Assembly (NCBI GenBank): GCA_032718475.1
Contig: JAUCBJ010007581.1
Coordinates: forward strand, 1-40,432
DNA from: Nemertoderma westbladi
Taxonomy: Eukaryota; Animalia; Xenacoelomorpha
Direction: 5' to 3'
Length of the DNA stretch: 40,432 nt
Part shown: positions 1-12,820 of the stretch, in pieces
How positions within the stretch are numbered: the stretch's first letter is position 1
Layout of the letters: each line of letters starts with the position of its first letter
Position numbers and translations under genes: made by a program
The notes under the pieces: model-generated
The model's database searches: none
What the model saw: the letters and a program-made list of their open reading frames with translations, nothing else
What the model was told of the DNA's origin: nothing

Positions 1-20
1 AAAATATCATGCTGCACAAC

Positions 21-130
21 GGACTAATATTACATACAGTATAACAGACTAATATTGCATACTGCATAATGGACTAATATTGCATACTGCATAATGGACT
101 AATATTGCATACTGCATAATGGACTAATAC
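21..130. repeat. 25-bp tandem repeat (GGACTAATATTGCATACTGCATAAT), ~4.5 copies
   Basis: Unit read directly, recurring at 21, 46, 71, 96 and 121 with a few substitutions in the first copies. Confidence 0.9.
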
Positions 131-199
131 TGTGGATACAGCGCCATATACCGTAACAGCTTGCTTCTCAATACAATGAGCATCATAAGAATCCTGATC

Positions 200-1325
200 C
201 AAATCTGCAATTGAAGTTTCTTTAATGTGACACAAGAGGGTCAATGAAATCCTAGGTTATATTCGGAGCGAAATATTTTCTTAAACGTAGCTGCAGAGGC
301 AATATTTTCTTTCCCAAGGTGTGGTAAAGATCTAAAAGGTTCTTTAATTCCTTAGGCAAGTTTTTCTTCACTGATGATGTACGCACATAATGTGGTTCCA
401 TGGCAGGGAGCTTATTGATAAAATCGTATAACAACTTTTTCTTAGATGGATCAACTTTTGCGCCTAGATTTCTTTGATGGGTAAACCAGCCGATGTTCTA
501 TTCTCCAGTAAGTACCTCACTTCGTTATCATTAATATCCAATGTTGCTAAAAAAAATAACGATTTGCAAACTCGGACCTTTTTGTCATTCTGGAGCAGGT
601 AAAATACCCTTGACTGAGATTTGCCAACTTGCAGAGATGTCTTTGTAGCGATCGGTTTAACATAAATAATTGAATTCAAAAAATGATGGCGAGAATCCCG
701 ATTAGTTAGGTCAACCCAATACATCTGAAACATTTTGGTTTGCTCATCAACCGCAGCACATATTTCCACAATTAGCTTTGCAGTTGACAGGTTTCATTGT
801 ATAGGCTTATTTTTTTCTACCAGACAATGAAAAGTATTGCTTTCCCTGCTTTATAGCCTGCGATCTGATCTTTCTGTCTGCGGATTTGGGTTTTAGAGGT
901 TTCTTTTTCCTCGGATTAGGTGCACCAACAGATGACATACAAGCCTGATTTACTTCAGTACCCATAACATCTGGAGAATTAGTAGCACCGTAGCTAGATA
1001 AATTTCCATCAACATCAACTTCAGTTGGCAATACTTCATCACACTGGATTATTCCAATATAACTGCCATTGTCGCCATTTTCTGAGTCCGATGCATCCGC
1101 TTCAATAGGAATCCAATCCGGATCATCAACCAGCTCAATAGCACCATTTCTAGATATTCCCTCAACAACATCAACTTCTGTTAGCACTTCTTCATTATGG
1201 ATTATTCTAACACAACTAGGCCTACCATCTTCAGTGTTGTCTGTTGCTTCACTAGGAATCCAATCTGCATCACTATCATATCTGGCTAGAGTATTTAATT
1301 GAAGTTGGTCTTCCATAAATTCCAA
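200..1325 (-). pseudogene. Frameshifted N-terminal part of a Sola-type DNA transposase
   Basis: Three consecutive minus-strand ORF pieces (807-1325, 464-769, 252-434) carry motifs I recognise from Sola1/Sola2 transposases in the expected order: acidic N-terminus with D(P)DWIP, GKQYFSLSG, VRVCK.FFLATLDI, FINKLPAMEPHYVR (ESHY.R-like). No catalytic DDD region or TIR visible; subgroup not determined. Confidence 0.65.
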
Positions 1326-1540
1326 CTCAATGTGGTCGTTACTCCTACCAGTAATTTCATCCCTTGTTAATTTACCCCAGAGATGAATATCACGATTTTC
1401 AAGTGTAATGACATGTGAATCAGATACATTTTCAGTTGTTACTATATTTTTCAGTTTAGCTGTTCAGATTCTTCAGAACCACTAACTAGACCACTGCTGT
1501 CTGGGACCGAATGGACAGAACCGACAGCAGAAAACTGCCA

Positions 1541-2085
1541 CTACTACTACTACTAGGATCGGCATTTTTAAGAATGCTGTGCCGGCTTGTCAACAAAATT
1601 GCACCGCCACAACTCCCTATCACCCATGACATTTGCTAGATCATCCGCATCTTTAAGGCCAGTGTCCTTTAAGATGCGTCTCAAGAAAGTCATGGGCTGT
1701 CCACCATGCTTATTCACTCCATGAGGCTGCCATAGTACAAGATTATGCACTGGCTGGTCCTCACGGCGAAAGCAATGTCCTGCATAGCGGAGGCGATTTT
1801 GTTCTAGTGTCAAGCTTGGGGGAACCAATTAGACACCTCCAATGTTATATAGTGTCTGGTTGGAGATGTGTGCATTGTACTTGACACAATGAACCCGGCG
1901 TAGCATTCTTGTGAATGTGCCATCCAGAGATTTGGTGTCCTCAGCAGTTAGAGCCCAGCATGGACTCCCGTAGAGGAGTACTGGAACTACTGCTGCTCTA
2001 AATAATCGGACCTTAAGTTTCCGATTAATTCTCGGTGACTTCCAAATCCTGGAAAGCCTATTCAAGGCTGCCCATGCCTTGAATG
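1541..2085 (-). mobile_element. 5'-truncated non-LTR retrotransposon (RTE-like clade), 3' end of ORF2 with (TAG)n tail and 14-bp TSD
   Basis: GCAGAAAACTGCCA at 1527-1540 and 2086-2099 flanks the insert. Translation AWAALNRLSRIWKS..LKVRLFRAAVVPVLLYGS..W, then after a frameshift RLRYAGHCFRR..DRELWR, is the typical post-RT C-terminus of RTE-type LINEs. (CTA)n at 1541-1555 is the microsatellite tail. Confidence 0.9.
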
Positions 2086-3399
2086 GCAGAAAACTGCCAA
2101 CTGACAACTGCGATTCAAACTCCAGCTCCCATCCTGCACTAATCGCTGCCTTGATCATGTTGTGTTCAACATGACCAATGTCTGTGGTTAACAAATATTT
2201 GTCAGCTAAGGATTGGTCATCCTTCATGGCAATCAACATGATGGGCATGGGGCATCCATCCATAATAAGGAAACCCACTTTCGACATTCAGCTTTGGTGT
2301 CGATATCTGCAAACTAAATAATATAATAGTTGAAATATAAACGAATAGTAAAAAAACTATGTATATGTAAATGTATTACATCATGATATGTTACTATTTT
2401 GTTTCGATTTTGTTTGAATTTATTTTGATTACTATTAGGGTTGGGGGGTGGGGGTCAGGAATAAACGTTGTGTAACGCTGAAATATGTACAGGAAATAAT
2501 AATTAAAATAATATAATTAATAATGATATATTAATAATATTGTACGTAAATATAATAAAATCAGTAATTAATATATTAGCCTAATAAATTTTCTAAAATA
2601 GTACTGCCCCTTTGCCTTCTAAAATAATTTGAGAATATATTTGCGTTTTATTTTTCATGGCGACTCCACAATGAAAAATGTAGTAAAACATCCAATACCA
2701 ATTAACCTGCTATAATGGATGCCTTAAAAATATGCAAAAAATTGATTATTATCGCAATTGCAGCTAGACGCACCCTTCTACATGCACAAGTGAGTGCATC
2801 GTAGTGAAGGCCTGAAGGTTGATCAAGAATTGAATGGACATAATTGAATTAGCTAAATAAATAAAATAATTGTTGAAGTATTATTATCAGAATCTTTATT
2901 ATCCACTATTTCTAAAATATACTAAATGAAAAATCATTCAAACCTTACAATAGACACAATCTAAAATTTAAAAAATTGTTACCACAACTAAATAAAATTT
3001 AAAAATACTATAAAGGCATAACAAATTTAGTACTTAAAAACAGTAGAGTATTGCAATGCATAGAAAAGCACTTAGTTTAGACTCAAATGATCGCCACGGT
3101 TAAAGTTTAAAAAATACTATGGATAAGGAATAACTAATTTAGTACTTAACAATAACAGTAATAATAACCTAATAACAGCAATTACGTATGTGTTACTAAG
3201 GGGATGTAAAGAGGAAATTTTTGAGTGGACCGATTTTCCAAGACAACTTGCGTTTTTTAAATAGCCCACAAAAAAATTTACCATTAGGAACCCAATAGTA
3301 ACATGTTTTAGTTACTACAAACCAGCTACCACCGAACTGGTTCTGAAGGCGAATATTCCCCTTGATCGCCCTTGGGAGACCCTCGGTATCGTAGGTCGC

Positions 3400-4048
3400 C
3401 ACGCTGCTGGTGAGCAATGACTCCATCACAAATATTTTCGTGAATGCCCGTGAAACGAAGGACTTCACATCTAGCTCCTCTAGCTCTGGGACAGAGATGT
3501 GGACCTTGAAGGCCCAAGCCGGCTGGTACGCGGTGGTCCAGTAGCTGCAGGTGAGATCGGTATGCACCAGAGCATTTTTAATCGTTAGTTTGACCGCTTT
3601 GTAGCCTTTCATAAATCCTTCCATCTTGAGTTGTACCTCCCCGGACTCCACTTCTTTATGGTCGGTTATAGTCTGTATGGGCCGCTTGCAAGGTTCATAG
3701 TCTAGGCCTAGTTGTTTGAGGTAATCCCGGTCGATGAAGGTTCCGTCCGACCCATTGTCCAGGAACTCGAGTGTTGTTAAGGATTTTCCGACCCCTTGGA
3801 TTCTTACCGGGATCACTTTGGCGAAGACCATATAGCACCGATTTATTAAATTGACCATGGCTGATATGCTGGTCACGTGTGATACGTCAGCGGTGGTCTT
3901 GAACGGATTGGTTTCTCTCCGCTGAATCGTCGGGGTACCCTTGGAGACGTGATTCATTTCTCTTCTCCGTTTGGATTCGATACGGAACGGTAGGGTGGTG
4001 AAATCGAAGTTTGCAGGAATGTGGAGGAGTGTATGATATCGTAGGTCG
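3400..4048 (-). pseudogene. Bel/Pao LTR retrotransposon gag-end/aspartic protease fragment
   Basis: The frame of ORF 3196-3957 stays open upstream to RYHTLLH (4021-4041), matching the Bel/Pao gag knuckle end HHTLLH, followed by VIPVRI..FLDNGSDGTFIDRDYLKQLGL (LD.GS protease site). Similarity fades downstream, so the left boundary is approximate; no LTRs seen. Confidence 0.8.
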
Positions 4049-4245
4049 TTACAGTTTCAGGAAGTTCTGAACTTCTAATACTGGTAATTGGAATTTAACC
4101 TGTACCAGTAGTGGAAGTGGAAGTACTGGTAGTCGGAATTTGAATACCGGTACTGGTAGTAGGCCTACTGGAAGTTGGAATAGTACAACCAGGAATAGAT
4201 ACCGGCATTGTGGATTTAAGTGCATCAGGAACTCTAATAGGACCT

Positions 4246-4320
4246 CATAGCATAGCATAGCATAGCATAGCATAGCATAGCATATCATAGCATAGCATAG
4301 CATAGCACAGCACAGCACAG
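4246..4320. repeat. (CATAG)n/(CACAG)n pentanucleotide microsatellite
   Basis: Direct reading, about 15 units. Confidence 0.95.
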
Positions 4321-5464
4321 TGACGAAGGAAAGATAACCATACGGATTTCAAATATATAATTTTAAAATTTTAATTTGGTTAGGAAATAGCTGAGTTATG
4401 GGCATTCGAATGTTGCATGTATTTGTTTTCGCTGCAGACATTTTATTATATTTAATTAATACGCGATATTCTAGAACATTTTCTTTATATATGAATAGCT
4501 GCGTGTACTAACAGTATTTTTATTATATTTGGAATCTACTTATGAGCTAGTACTGTTCCCATAACTATAGAATACATCGACTCCAGCGGAACGCCAATAT
4601 CTCAGATATTCCTTTTGATAAATTCCGAATTTATTACAAACTGTATTTAGTTTCTCTGCAATGTCATCTTCCCATCGTTACCAACGAACCTCTTTATAAA
4701 GGTTAAAATTTCAACAGAGATACCTATTTAAAGCGCTTGTATGTAATGATTGAAAGCGAAAATACAATTCTGACTCCCCGACTAAAGAGGGGGAGGTGGA
4801 ACGATCTTGAGAGACAGGGAGGAGGTAACTTGAAGCACGTCGCACATCTCCATATTAGCGAGTTAATATCTTGACACGAAAATTATCAATTCATTTATTT
4901 AATTAATTTATTAACCTAAACAATATACGAAATTTATGGATATTGAAATACACCTTACGTAGGGGCCGTTCACAAATGATGTAACGATATTTTTGACGAT
5001 ATTTGACACCAATCTGTCACCAATTTTATAACCCTTTTATATTTTATAAAGTCACGTCACAAAAATATCCTGTATGTATAGTTAATAAAAAATGTCAAAT
5101 TTGAAATTTAATGCTACTGTAGTTCTGGTACCGGTATTTACTACTACTACTACTACAGTACTAATACTACTAAGTCGAGCGAACTCGGACAGTGGAAATG
5201 AGATCCTTCCAGGCTTCCCGATTCTCCATAGTTGTCGCAATTTCGTTTCTCCCAAGTTCAGTATCCCTTTCAAGTTGATCTATTTATGTTATGGCCGGTC
5301 GATATATTATAATATATTAATATATTTATAATATATTAAAATTAATAATATATTAAAATTAATAATATTAATCATATCGGTAATATATTAATCAATAGTC
5401 TTTCAGAAATTTATAAATATATTTTTTAGAAAACATTACTTACTTAACTAAATATAGAATAATA

Positions 5465-6484
5465 ACTGGAACACAATTCAATTAAATCACATCAATTCAA
5501 CAGAATATACAAATAAATATTCAAAGATAATGAATAGGGTTAGCTTACAATAATGATGCTTCAATAATTATTAGCTGAACATCTGACTTGGTTTCCTGTC
5601 ACCGTTCCATATCTTGTGTTACATATGAATGTAAGTATAGGAACGAACCCCCTGTGTATCCAATACAGAACCCCGAGGTTTACTGACCTAGTCTGTAACC
5701 AATCCACTGATCGCTGAAATTAATGCTAAATATATCCCTTATAAGGATATAAATAGCTGAACTGGTGTTTTTGAGTGCAGAATGGAGAGCAATTGTCCAA
5801 ACAGAGTTGATAGTTTAGTAACACAGACGGACGTACAATGACATAGGGTTGTCGGGTAACTTTAGGGAAACCACAACCAGCCACATTGGGACCGAGATAA
5901 TTAGAATAGATTAGATAAACATATAACATTATAGCAGTTCTGAATGGGAACCAACTCCATTACACTCATTGTAAACCAATGTTTTATTGGTTAAAGAACC
6001 GATTGGTTAATAATATAACCAATGGGAATATCTGAGTAATAATTAAAACTTTTTATTAGTGGATGGTCCAGGTTTGTGTCTACCAAAGGGACGTAGCAGA
6101 TACACAGGTATTACTCGAATACTCACAATACAGATAATATGGGAATAAAATCGAACAAAAACTAATTAAAATGGTAACCAATTGAGGGAATTTTATATCA
6201 TTTATGTATTTACATCTGATATAAATTAATTATTTTAGATCTAATTTTAGCGAAAATTGCGAGCTCTCCCTATGCAAAATGCTAATTAAATCTTTGTTAT
6301 TATTTATAATATAAATAAAGTTAGAAAATTACCATAATATAAATTATTACATAAACCTATTTATAATACTGGCCCTAAACATCAATACTGGAACACAATT
6401 CAATTAAATCACATCAATTCAACAGAATTTATACAAATAAATATTAAAAAGTAATGAATAGGGTTAGTTCACAATGATGATGCT
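5465..6484 (+). repeat. Pair of diverged ~95-bp direct repeats (5465-5560 and 6387-6484)
   Basis: ACTGGAACACAATTCAATTAAATCACATCAATTCAACAGAAT...TAATGAATAGGGTTAG...ATGATGCT occurs twice about 920 bp apart; the sequence between is unassigned. Confidence 0.8.
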
Positions 6485-7646
6485 GCAATGTCACATACAA
6501 TAATAAGTTCGAACTTTTGTCTATATTATTGAATGTTATAAATATTTTAATGTTTTCTTACCTCTAAGTTTTCTAAACACATAAGCTCTGTTTAGTGGCC
6601 GTATGGCCGATATGTGTAGGGTAGTAATCTTGGCTACGTCGTTCGCATTCATGACTGCTTTAGTCCAGCCAAATACTCTCCAGCCACCGTTATAATCTTG
6701 GATAGAATCTTCTAGATGACCTCGTAAATTTTCATCAGTTATCGTTTGGAACTTTGACTAATTTTTGAAATAAAAATAATTATTAATGTGGGGCGAGCCA
6801 CGAAGTGAGTGAGCCTTGCGTAGTGGTACCATTAATCAACCTGTCGTTCTGTCGTTCTGTCTCGTTTTTTTTTTCAGTATTTTATTTTAAACGTTAATAA
6901 CTCGGCCAATCCTTCTTGAAATCTATTCAAACTTGATACACATGTTGTTTGGCAAAAGTTTGAAAATTTTCCAAGTAGATAGGCAAGCGTGGGGCCTTCG
7001 TGCAGCATCAGTGTTATTGCAGTTATAATAAATTTATTTATCCAAATTTAAAACGCATTAAATTATTATTACTATAGAATATAAGAAATTTTGCAATTCT
7101 GCATGTACCATGTGTACCGGTACTCTCAGGCTGTACTCATTCCCTGAATCGAGAATCCTGCAATCAGTCAATACTGCAATACTGGTCAGCCGGTACCATA
7201 CACTGCAGACATACCATATCATGTAATCTAATTAAACATCGCTCCGCCAACCCTTGCGGTGATTATAGTTGAGGCCTAATTAGCCCAGTACCGGCACCGG
7301 TAATAATAATATAATACAGTAATAGTTTAGATAGTTACCGCTAATCATTCAGTCATTGGCACGGTACACCGTATTGCTGTACTGCCGTTGTAGTGCGCAC
7401 CGTAGGTACCACCCTACTACCGGTACCGGCTGACCGCGTGACCGGTGGCAACAAGCACGTCAACACTTGCACAGCAACAGCACTACCGGCGATACACAGG
7501 TTTGAATTTATGTAGAGTTTGCTCAACAGTACAGATATAAAATAGTTATCTGAATTATATATATTACTATTGACAAGTATTGAAATATATACCGTTATTC
7601 GTGTTATCAGTATTTGCAACATCTGACATTGAAGAGGTGAGAGAAG

Positions 7647-7980
7647 ATGAATACCGGCACTCAACAAAACCAAAGCTTATCACAGGTCGGTATGGTTACC
7701 TCGAAACCGGCGCGACTGTCCACTCGAATACAACTTCAAAACACAAACGCCAACAATAAACTGAAAGCGAATCGAACGTCTTCAGAAGAATCTGTCATTG
7801 GGACGAAGAAAAGGAAGCCGAAACCACGGGAATGGACCACAGCTAAGATTGAATGCTACCATTGTCAGAGTTCCTGGACCGAAATTGAAACACCAATTGC
7901 CGATGGGCTTGATCTCTCAAATTAAAACTTCCTCTGCGGGGTTTGCGCGCAGTAAAGGTTGAAAGTCTGGAAGCTGGCAT
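7647..7980 (+). pseudogene. Possible decayed Zn-finger-containing ORF (e.g. LINE ORF1 N-terminus)
   Basis: Basic N-terminus, then IECYHCQ...; reading through the TAA at 7923-7925 gives NFLCGVCAQ, a CxxC...CxxC pair. No other support. Confidence 0.25.
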
Positions 7981-8989
7981 CCCTAGGTATTATTATTATA
8001 AAGAGCGTCAGCCTGCGTTTAATAAATATATTTTAATACAAAACAGGTCGAACGCAAAGAGGCTTATAATAAAGACGAGTACTGCATTGATTATATTCCT
8101 ATAAACCACCTGGCTTTGCATATTGAACATGCGTTTGAAAATAAGTTCGTGCTACCCTTCTGTGGGTGGTAGATGTCGCTGTTATGTATTGGTGGGTGGG
8201 GGGAGGGGGGGTGCAGATTAAAAGGGGTGAACACGTACTGTCCCCCTTTCTTTGATTAATTGGTGGTGTGGGTTAATCTCTCATAACCTGATTTTGTGAT
8301 ACAGTCGCACAACTTTTAATTTGTATCTCATAACTGGGCCTCGTGCTGCGCGAAGGCTCCACGAACGTGTAATACTTGAGTGAGTACTGACTCTTATTTA
8401 CAGAGTCTTGATATACAGTAATATATGTAGCAGATGTGTGGCAGATGTGCATCATAATTTTAAGTCACCAACGACAAATACAATATTGGCTAAACCTTCC
8501 CTCAATACTAAAGTATGGATTGGATTGTAGTTATTAATATAAAGATAAATGTTAAGTTACTAAAATCATTATCAAATTCTAATCTACTCAAACACAGACA
8601 CCCCTATACACTAAAATAGGAATACAAGCTTTGTATAATTATAATTTTTTTTAATTATTTAAAATCACATGTAATTAAGGGGAGCAGGCAGTGAAAAAAG
8701 AATTTTCTGACCAAAATTTTTTTATTGAATTTTCTAGTTCAAAATTTTATTAGCTATTCAAAAAATTAAGTCCTAATTAAATAGAATCAAGCATTCAAAA
8801 GTTATGAACATTTGAGTGAAGTGCATTCCTGACATTTTTTTTTCGAAAAAAAATGTAACAAAATTAACATGATGTAATCCTAAATATTATTCGTCTTTAA
8901 TAATTTTTTTTTCTGGAACATTTTTTAAATGTATTAATAGCCACGTAATAGCACATTAATAATTAATTAATTATTTTAATTAATAATTA

Positions 8990-9110
8990 ATTAATATTAT
9001 ATTAATATATTATTAATTATATAATATAATATTAATATATTATTAATTATATAATATAATATTAATATATTATTAATTATATAATATAATATTAATTATA
9101 ATTATTAATA
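8990..9110. repeat. 30-bp AT-only tandem repeat (ATTAATATATTATTAATTATATAATATAAT)
   Basis: Exact copies start at 9001, 9031 and 9061; the repeat lies at the point where the transposase ORF is truncated. Confidence 0.9.
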
Positions 9111-9698
9111 ATGCAATCGGTTTAGCAGCTTCAAGTAATGATTTTGTGTGTTCAATAAATTTTTGTGGAGGTTGTGGCAGTCCCATTATGCTGCATAAAG
9201 TGTTACCTCCTTCAAATCCCACACCAATACAACGCAAACCATACACTAAACGCAAATTAATTTCATATTGATTATCCACTAATGGCGATGTATAAAATCT
9301 TTTCAGACTGGTACAATTATCGCAATGTAGTTTCAATTTGGAAGATAAACCCCTGCCACAGGCGTCTTCATCAATTACTACAACTCCACCACAAGACTTA
9401 CAACATGTATATTCCGATAACACACAATTCAAAATATCCAAATCTAAAACAATAAACCCCAGCCTGCCGGAACTTTCATCGACCAACCCACTTCGGTTTA
9501 GTTTCTTAGTTGAAGCCGATATTTCTTTTACGGGTTTAGTAGGCCTATCATGAATTTGAACAGTACCGGTACTTTGTTTTTCAACCGGTGGTGTAGTACA
9601 GGTACTTACGGGGATAGGAATAGATTTGGCAATAACATTCGAACTAAATCGATTACCATGGTAGGAACGCTTTCAAATATCGCTTTTCGTCTTGTCAT
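9110..9698 (-). pseudogene. N-terminal fragment of Kolobok-type ('Mutator-like transposase' domain) transposase
   Basis: ATG at 9698, then (with frameshift and stop) KRSYHGNRF..SASTKKL..GFIVLDLDIL..CKSC..GLSSKLKLHCDNC..FYTS..YEINLRLVYGLRCIGVG..LCSIMGLPQP; catalytic region missing. Confidence 0.8.
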
Positions 9699-10460
9699 CT
9701 CGACGTTTCTTCACTCCACATGTAAAATATATACCAATGCAGCATAAAATAATGCATAAAACAGGTAAGAGCAGAGATAAAATGTCTAACTGTGACAGAA
9801 TGATCAGCTGATAATAGGCCTACCAAACTAGCTGTGCTTTTATTCAGATTATTGCTATAAAAATGTAAAAAGATGTAGTGTGCTATCAGTTTGAATTTCC
9901 CTCCAATTTGGTGCAGCCAATGACAGCGTCTTAACTGCTCAGCTGAATTTCAATGTAGATTTATTTTTAATTTTTCACATTTATCCCTCTCAGATTTGAA
10001 AATTTTGAAATTAATATTGGACTACATCCATCATAGCACAGTCAGATATAGTTACTTTAACAATTTTTATTATGTGGGTTGATTCGCCTGACTGAGATAA
10101 ATCCCAAACTATTTAGTTTTCCAAAAAAGACCGATTGGTGCTCGAGAAATAGCAGTTTAAAGATCAAAATTTTATGAATTTCGTTTTCAATTGAGTTTAT
10201 CTCAAAATGACATATCCATACACAAATGCCCCATTATTTCCAAAAGTTTTCGACCAAATTACTCAATATTTTGATTGAAGGTGTGGAATGACATGTCACA
10301 AACATTGAACTAGAATTTTGATATGAGCATTACTATTTTTAAATTATTAATAAACTTTTGAGCTGAATAGTGCTAAATTATTAACTATTATTAATAAGAT
10401 TAAAAAGTTAAGGAAGTTATTAATTTTTTTCAATAATTCTAGTTCAATGAGTTATATTAA

Positions 10461-12633
10461 CCCATTATTTACCGCAACTAGAAGCTGGGTGATAATAATT
10501 TTTTTTTTTTCATTTTCTTAGGTTTTTGGTGGTAATCAAGAATAATTTGAAAAAAAAAAATTCGAAAAAATTAAACCCTTCCTATATTTTTTGACTGATC
10601 TCACATGATGCCACTGGTAAATAGCATATATAAAAATACCATGATTTACTGCTATTTTCATAGTTCAGAGATTAGTTCCATAGAGATTCAAGAATTAATG
10701 TTAAATATTAGATTTACCATATATTTATCATATATTTATCTATATATACCAAATTATTGAGTGTGGTAGGGAGCAAAACAGTGTAACAGGGTAACTTCAC
10801 ACTTTTCTACAATAAGTTCGTGGCCTCGACCCGCACCCTTCAAGCCGCAACAAATCGCAAGTGCATATCATCATCATTACACCAATAAAAATGTTCTGCA
10901 GCTAATGTATGATATGATGTATAGAACAGGAAACCAATAAATGACTTGAGTTCATCGGTTGATAGATCAAAATTGGGCTCATTTTTCTGTTCATGAGCAT
11001 AGCGAATACTCTCTACTTTGAATAAATTCAGAATTTCTGAGTCATACATTTTTTCAAATATCTCTACTGGTGTGAGCCCAGCCAATTGAAGCTCTACATT
11101 TTCCTTTACTAAATTTTCTTTCTGCAAGTCAAATTTTGTAGTATAAGTTGGATGTTTTTTTCGCCATGTTGGGGCTTTAATCTCCTTCCAACATCCATTA
11201 TTATCCTTAGGAGGTGCTGGAACCGGTATCGATACTTCATCCACGCAGACACCTGGATCTGGAACATTAACCCTGGGCTCTAGTTCTATGTCGAGGTCTA
11301 CTGATAACTCAGCTGCTTCAGCGGGTATCTTAACTTGTTCTATCTCGGAATTTAAAAAAGCTCCACACTACCTGGGACATCAGAAATAATACACTCTCCT
11401 AGTTCGTTGTCAGCAATCTCATCCTCATCACTATCTATATTATTGTCTGGAGGTATAAACACAATTGATTCACACTGAGCAGGGTTATGAGAGGCCTCTT
11501 CCTTATCCAAACTCTCCAATATGGCTAAAGCATGGTCTAATGAATATAGCTGCACCTGCTGGGAAGCCATTATATCTATACAAGTAGGCCTATGGCGGTT
11601 CTGCAGTTCGTAGTTGGCCAACCGTACAACCCCCCCAATCCTCAATACGGAAAACAGCAATAAAATAAATATAGACATTAAACTAAACAGCTAGAAATTT
11701 TCTTTGTAAACCAATATAGCAATAAGTACCTAGGTCTACTGGTTGGCCTATATTGCTGGTGCAAATATGAAGTAAGTCTGTCTTCAGATAAAATCCAGCA
11801 CCAGTACGGTAATCTAATAAATTTCAAATTAATTCTGTGGAAATTCAGACTCATTGCCATACTGTACACTATACTGCTATAGGCCCGGAGGCAAAAGACC
11901 ATTATAAGTTGGATTTGGGCTGTTACTCGGTACCCAGGTACCGGTAACCTTCTTCAGTGCTTGAGGGTAACTTATTGGTTAAAAAATTTCCAACTAATTA
12001 CTAAAGTACTAGGCTAAGCCTGAAAACATTGCTTTGGAACAGTAGCCCAGGTGATATTACAGCAATATTTCATATTCTTGGTTGCTTTTAAGGCTGCTGT
12101 ACCATGTAGACAGTGCCACAACTATAGAACAACTTAAGCCTGCAGCCAGAATCATGAAATCATATACTATGTAGCATAACAGGTACAACAGCACTGCAGT
12201 ACCGGTAAGGCTGTATACAGAAGAAGTCTATATGCAATACTTGCAAAAACAAAACTGCAGCCCAATGGCCGTTGGCATCATATGAGATCCGACTGGTTTT
12301 TAACATATTAAATTATATTTTATTGGTTTATTTGGGTAAAAAACATTTGAAAGTTTCTCAGGAGAGATTATTACCGCATTAGTTTCATCAAAGATATAAA
12401 AACATGTTCATATGCAATGATTAAAGTGCTTACTCAAAAAGTCCATATTTTTGGCACTTTAAAATCATCATATCTAACAAAAATAAAATAATTAACCCAT
12501 TGTAACTTAAAGTAAGCTTAAACAACATATCATCTGTCTGTAAATGCTTAGTTATCCAAATATAATTGACTTACCATTACACAGGAAGTCGAAAAGTTGG
12601 TGATCTCAAATGATGCCAATGGTAAATAATGGG
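10461..12633 (-). mobile_element. piggyBac transposon, internally deleted, nested in the Kolobok-type element
   Basis: TTAA(10457-10460)-CCCATTATTTACC ... GGTAAATAATGGG-TTAA(12634-12637): perfect 13-bp TIR. Subterminal motif TGATCTCA.ATGATGCCA.TGGTAAATA at ~10596 and 12601, inverted copy at ~12269-12289. Confidence 0.93.
10754..11572 (-). pseudogene. piggyBac transposase remnant: N-terminus joined to C-terminal Cys-rich domain, DDD core deleted
   Basis: IVFIPPDNNIDSDEDE..DVPGSVE; LTPVEIFEKMYDSEILNLFKVESIRYA..LSTDELKSFIGFLFYTSYH....FYW (start of piggyBac core); then directly GCGSRPRTYC / KCEVTL.HCFAPYHTQ* in shifted frames at ~10754-10845. Confidence 0.85.
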
Positions 12634-12820
12634 TTAATGTTTCTCTACATATGTTCAAAATTTTGAGAAATTTCAATCAGAATATCACAAGATAACGGGG
12701 TAAATGTTAAATAGTAAAACATTAGTACTCCCTGCTCCCCTTAAGTTTATTAGTTTATTATAATGAAAATAATCCTCTAAAATAATGTAATATGTAAGGT
12801 TTTTCTTAAGTAAATTATAA

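Larger units (their letters stand above)
8679..12740 (-). mobile_element. Kolobok-type DNA transposon, non-autonomous, TTAA TSD
   Basis: TTAA(8675-8678)-GGGGAGCAGGCAGT ... ACTCCCTGCTCCCC-TTAA(12741-12744): 13/14 TIR match. Purine termini plus TTAA TSD are the Kolobok pattern. Contains a transposase 5' fragment and a nested piggyBac. Confidence 0.8.

Noticed and set aside
1829-2287. 152-aa ORF as a single gene
   Set aside because: It crosses the LINE 5' junction/TSD at 2085-2099, so it is chimeric.
4049-4318. MLCYA-repeat ORF
   Set aside because: Translation of the (CATAG)n microsatellite and adjacent low-complexity DNA.
4961-5066. AGGGGCCGTTCACAAATGATGTAACG, resembling a MITE terminus
   Set aside because: No matching inverted end or TSD found in the window.
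6790-6960. Possible old HINE-like fragment (short CTGTCGTT repeat followed by TTCAAACTTG..ACACATG)
   Set aside because: Too degenerate; no paired termini could be shown.
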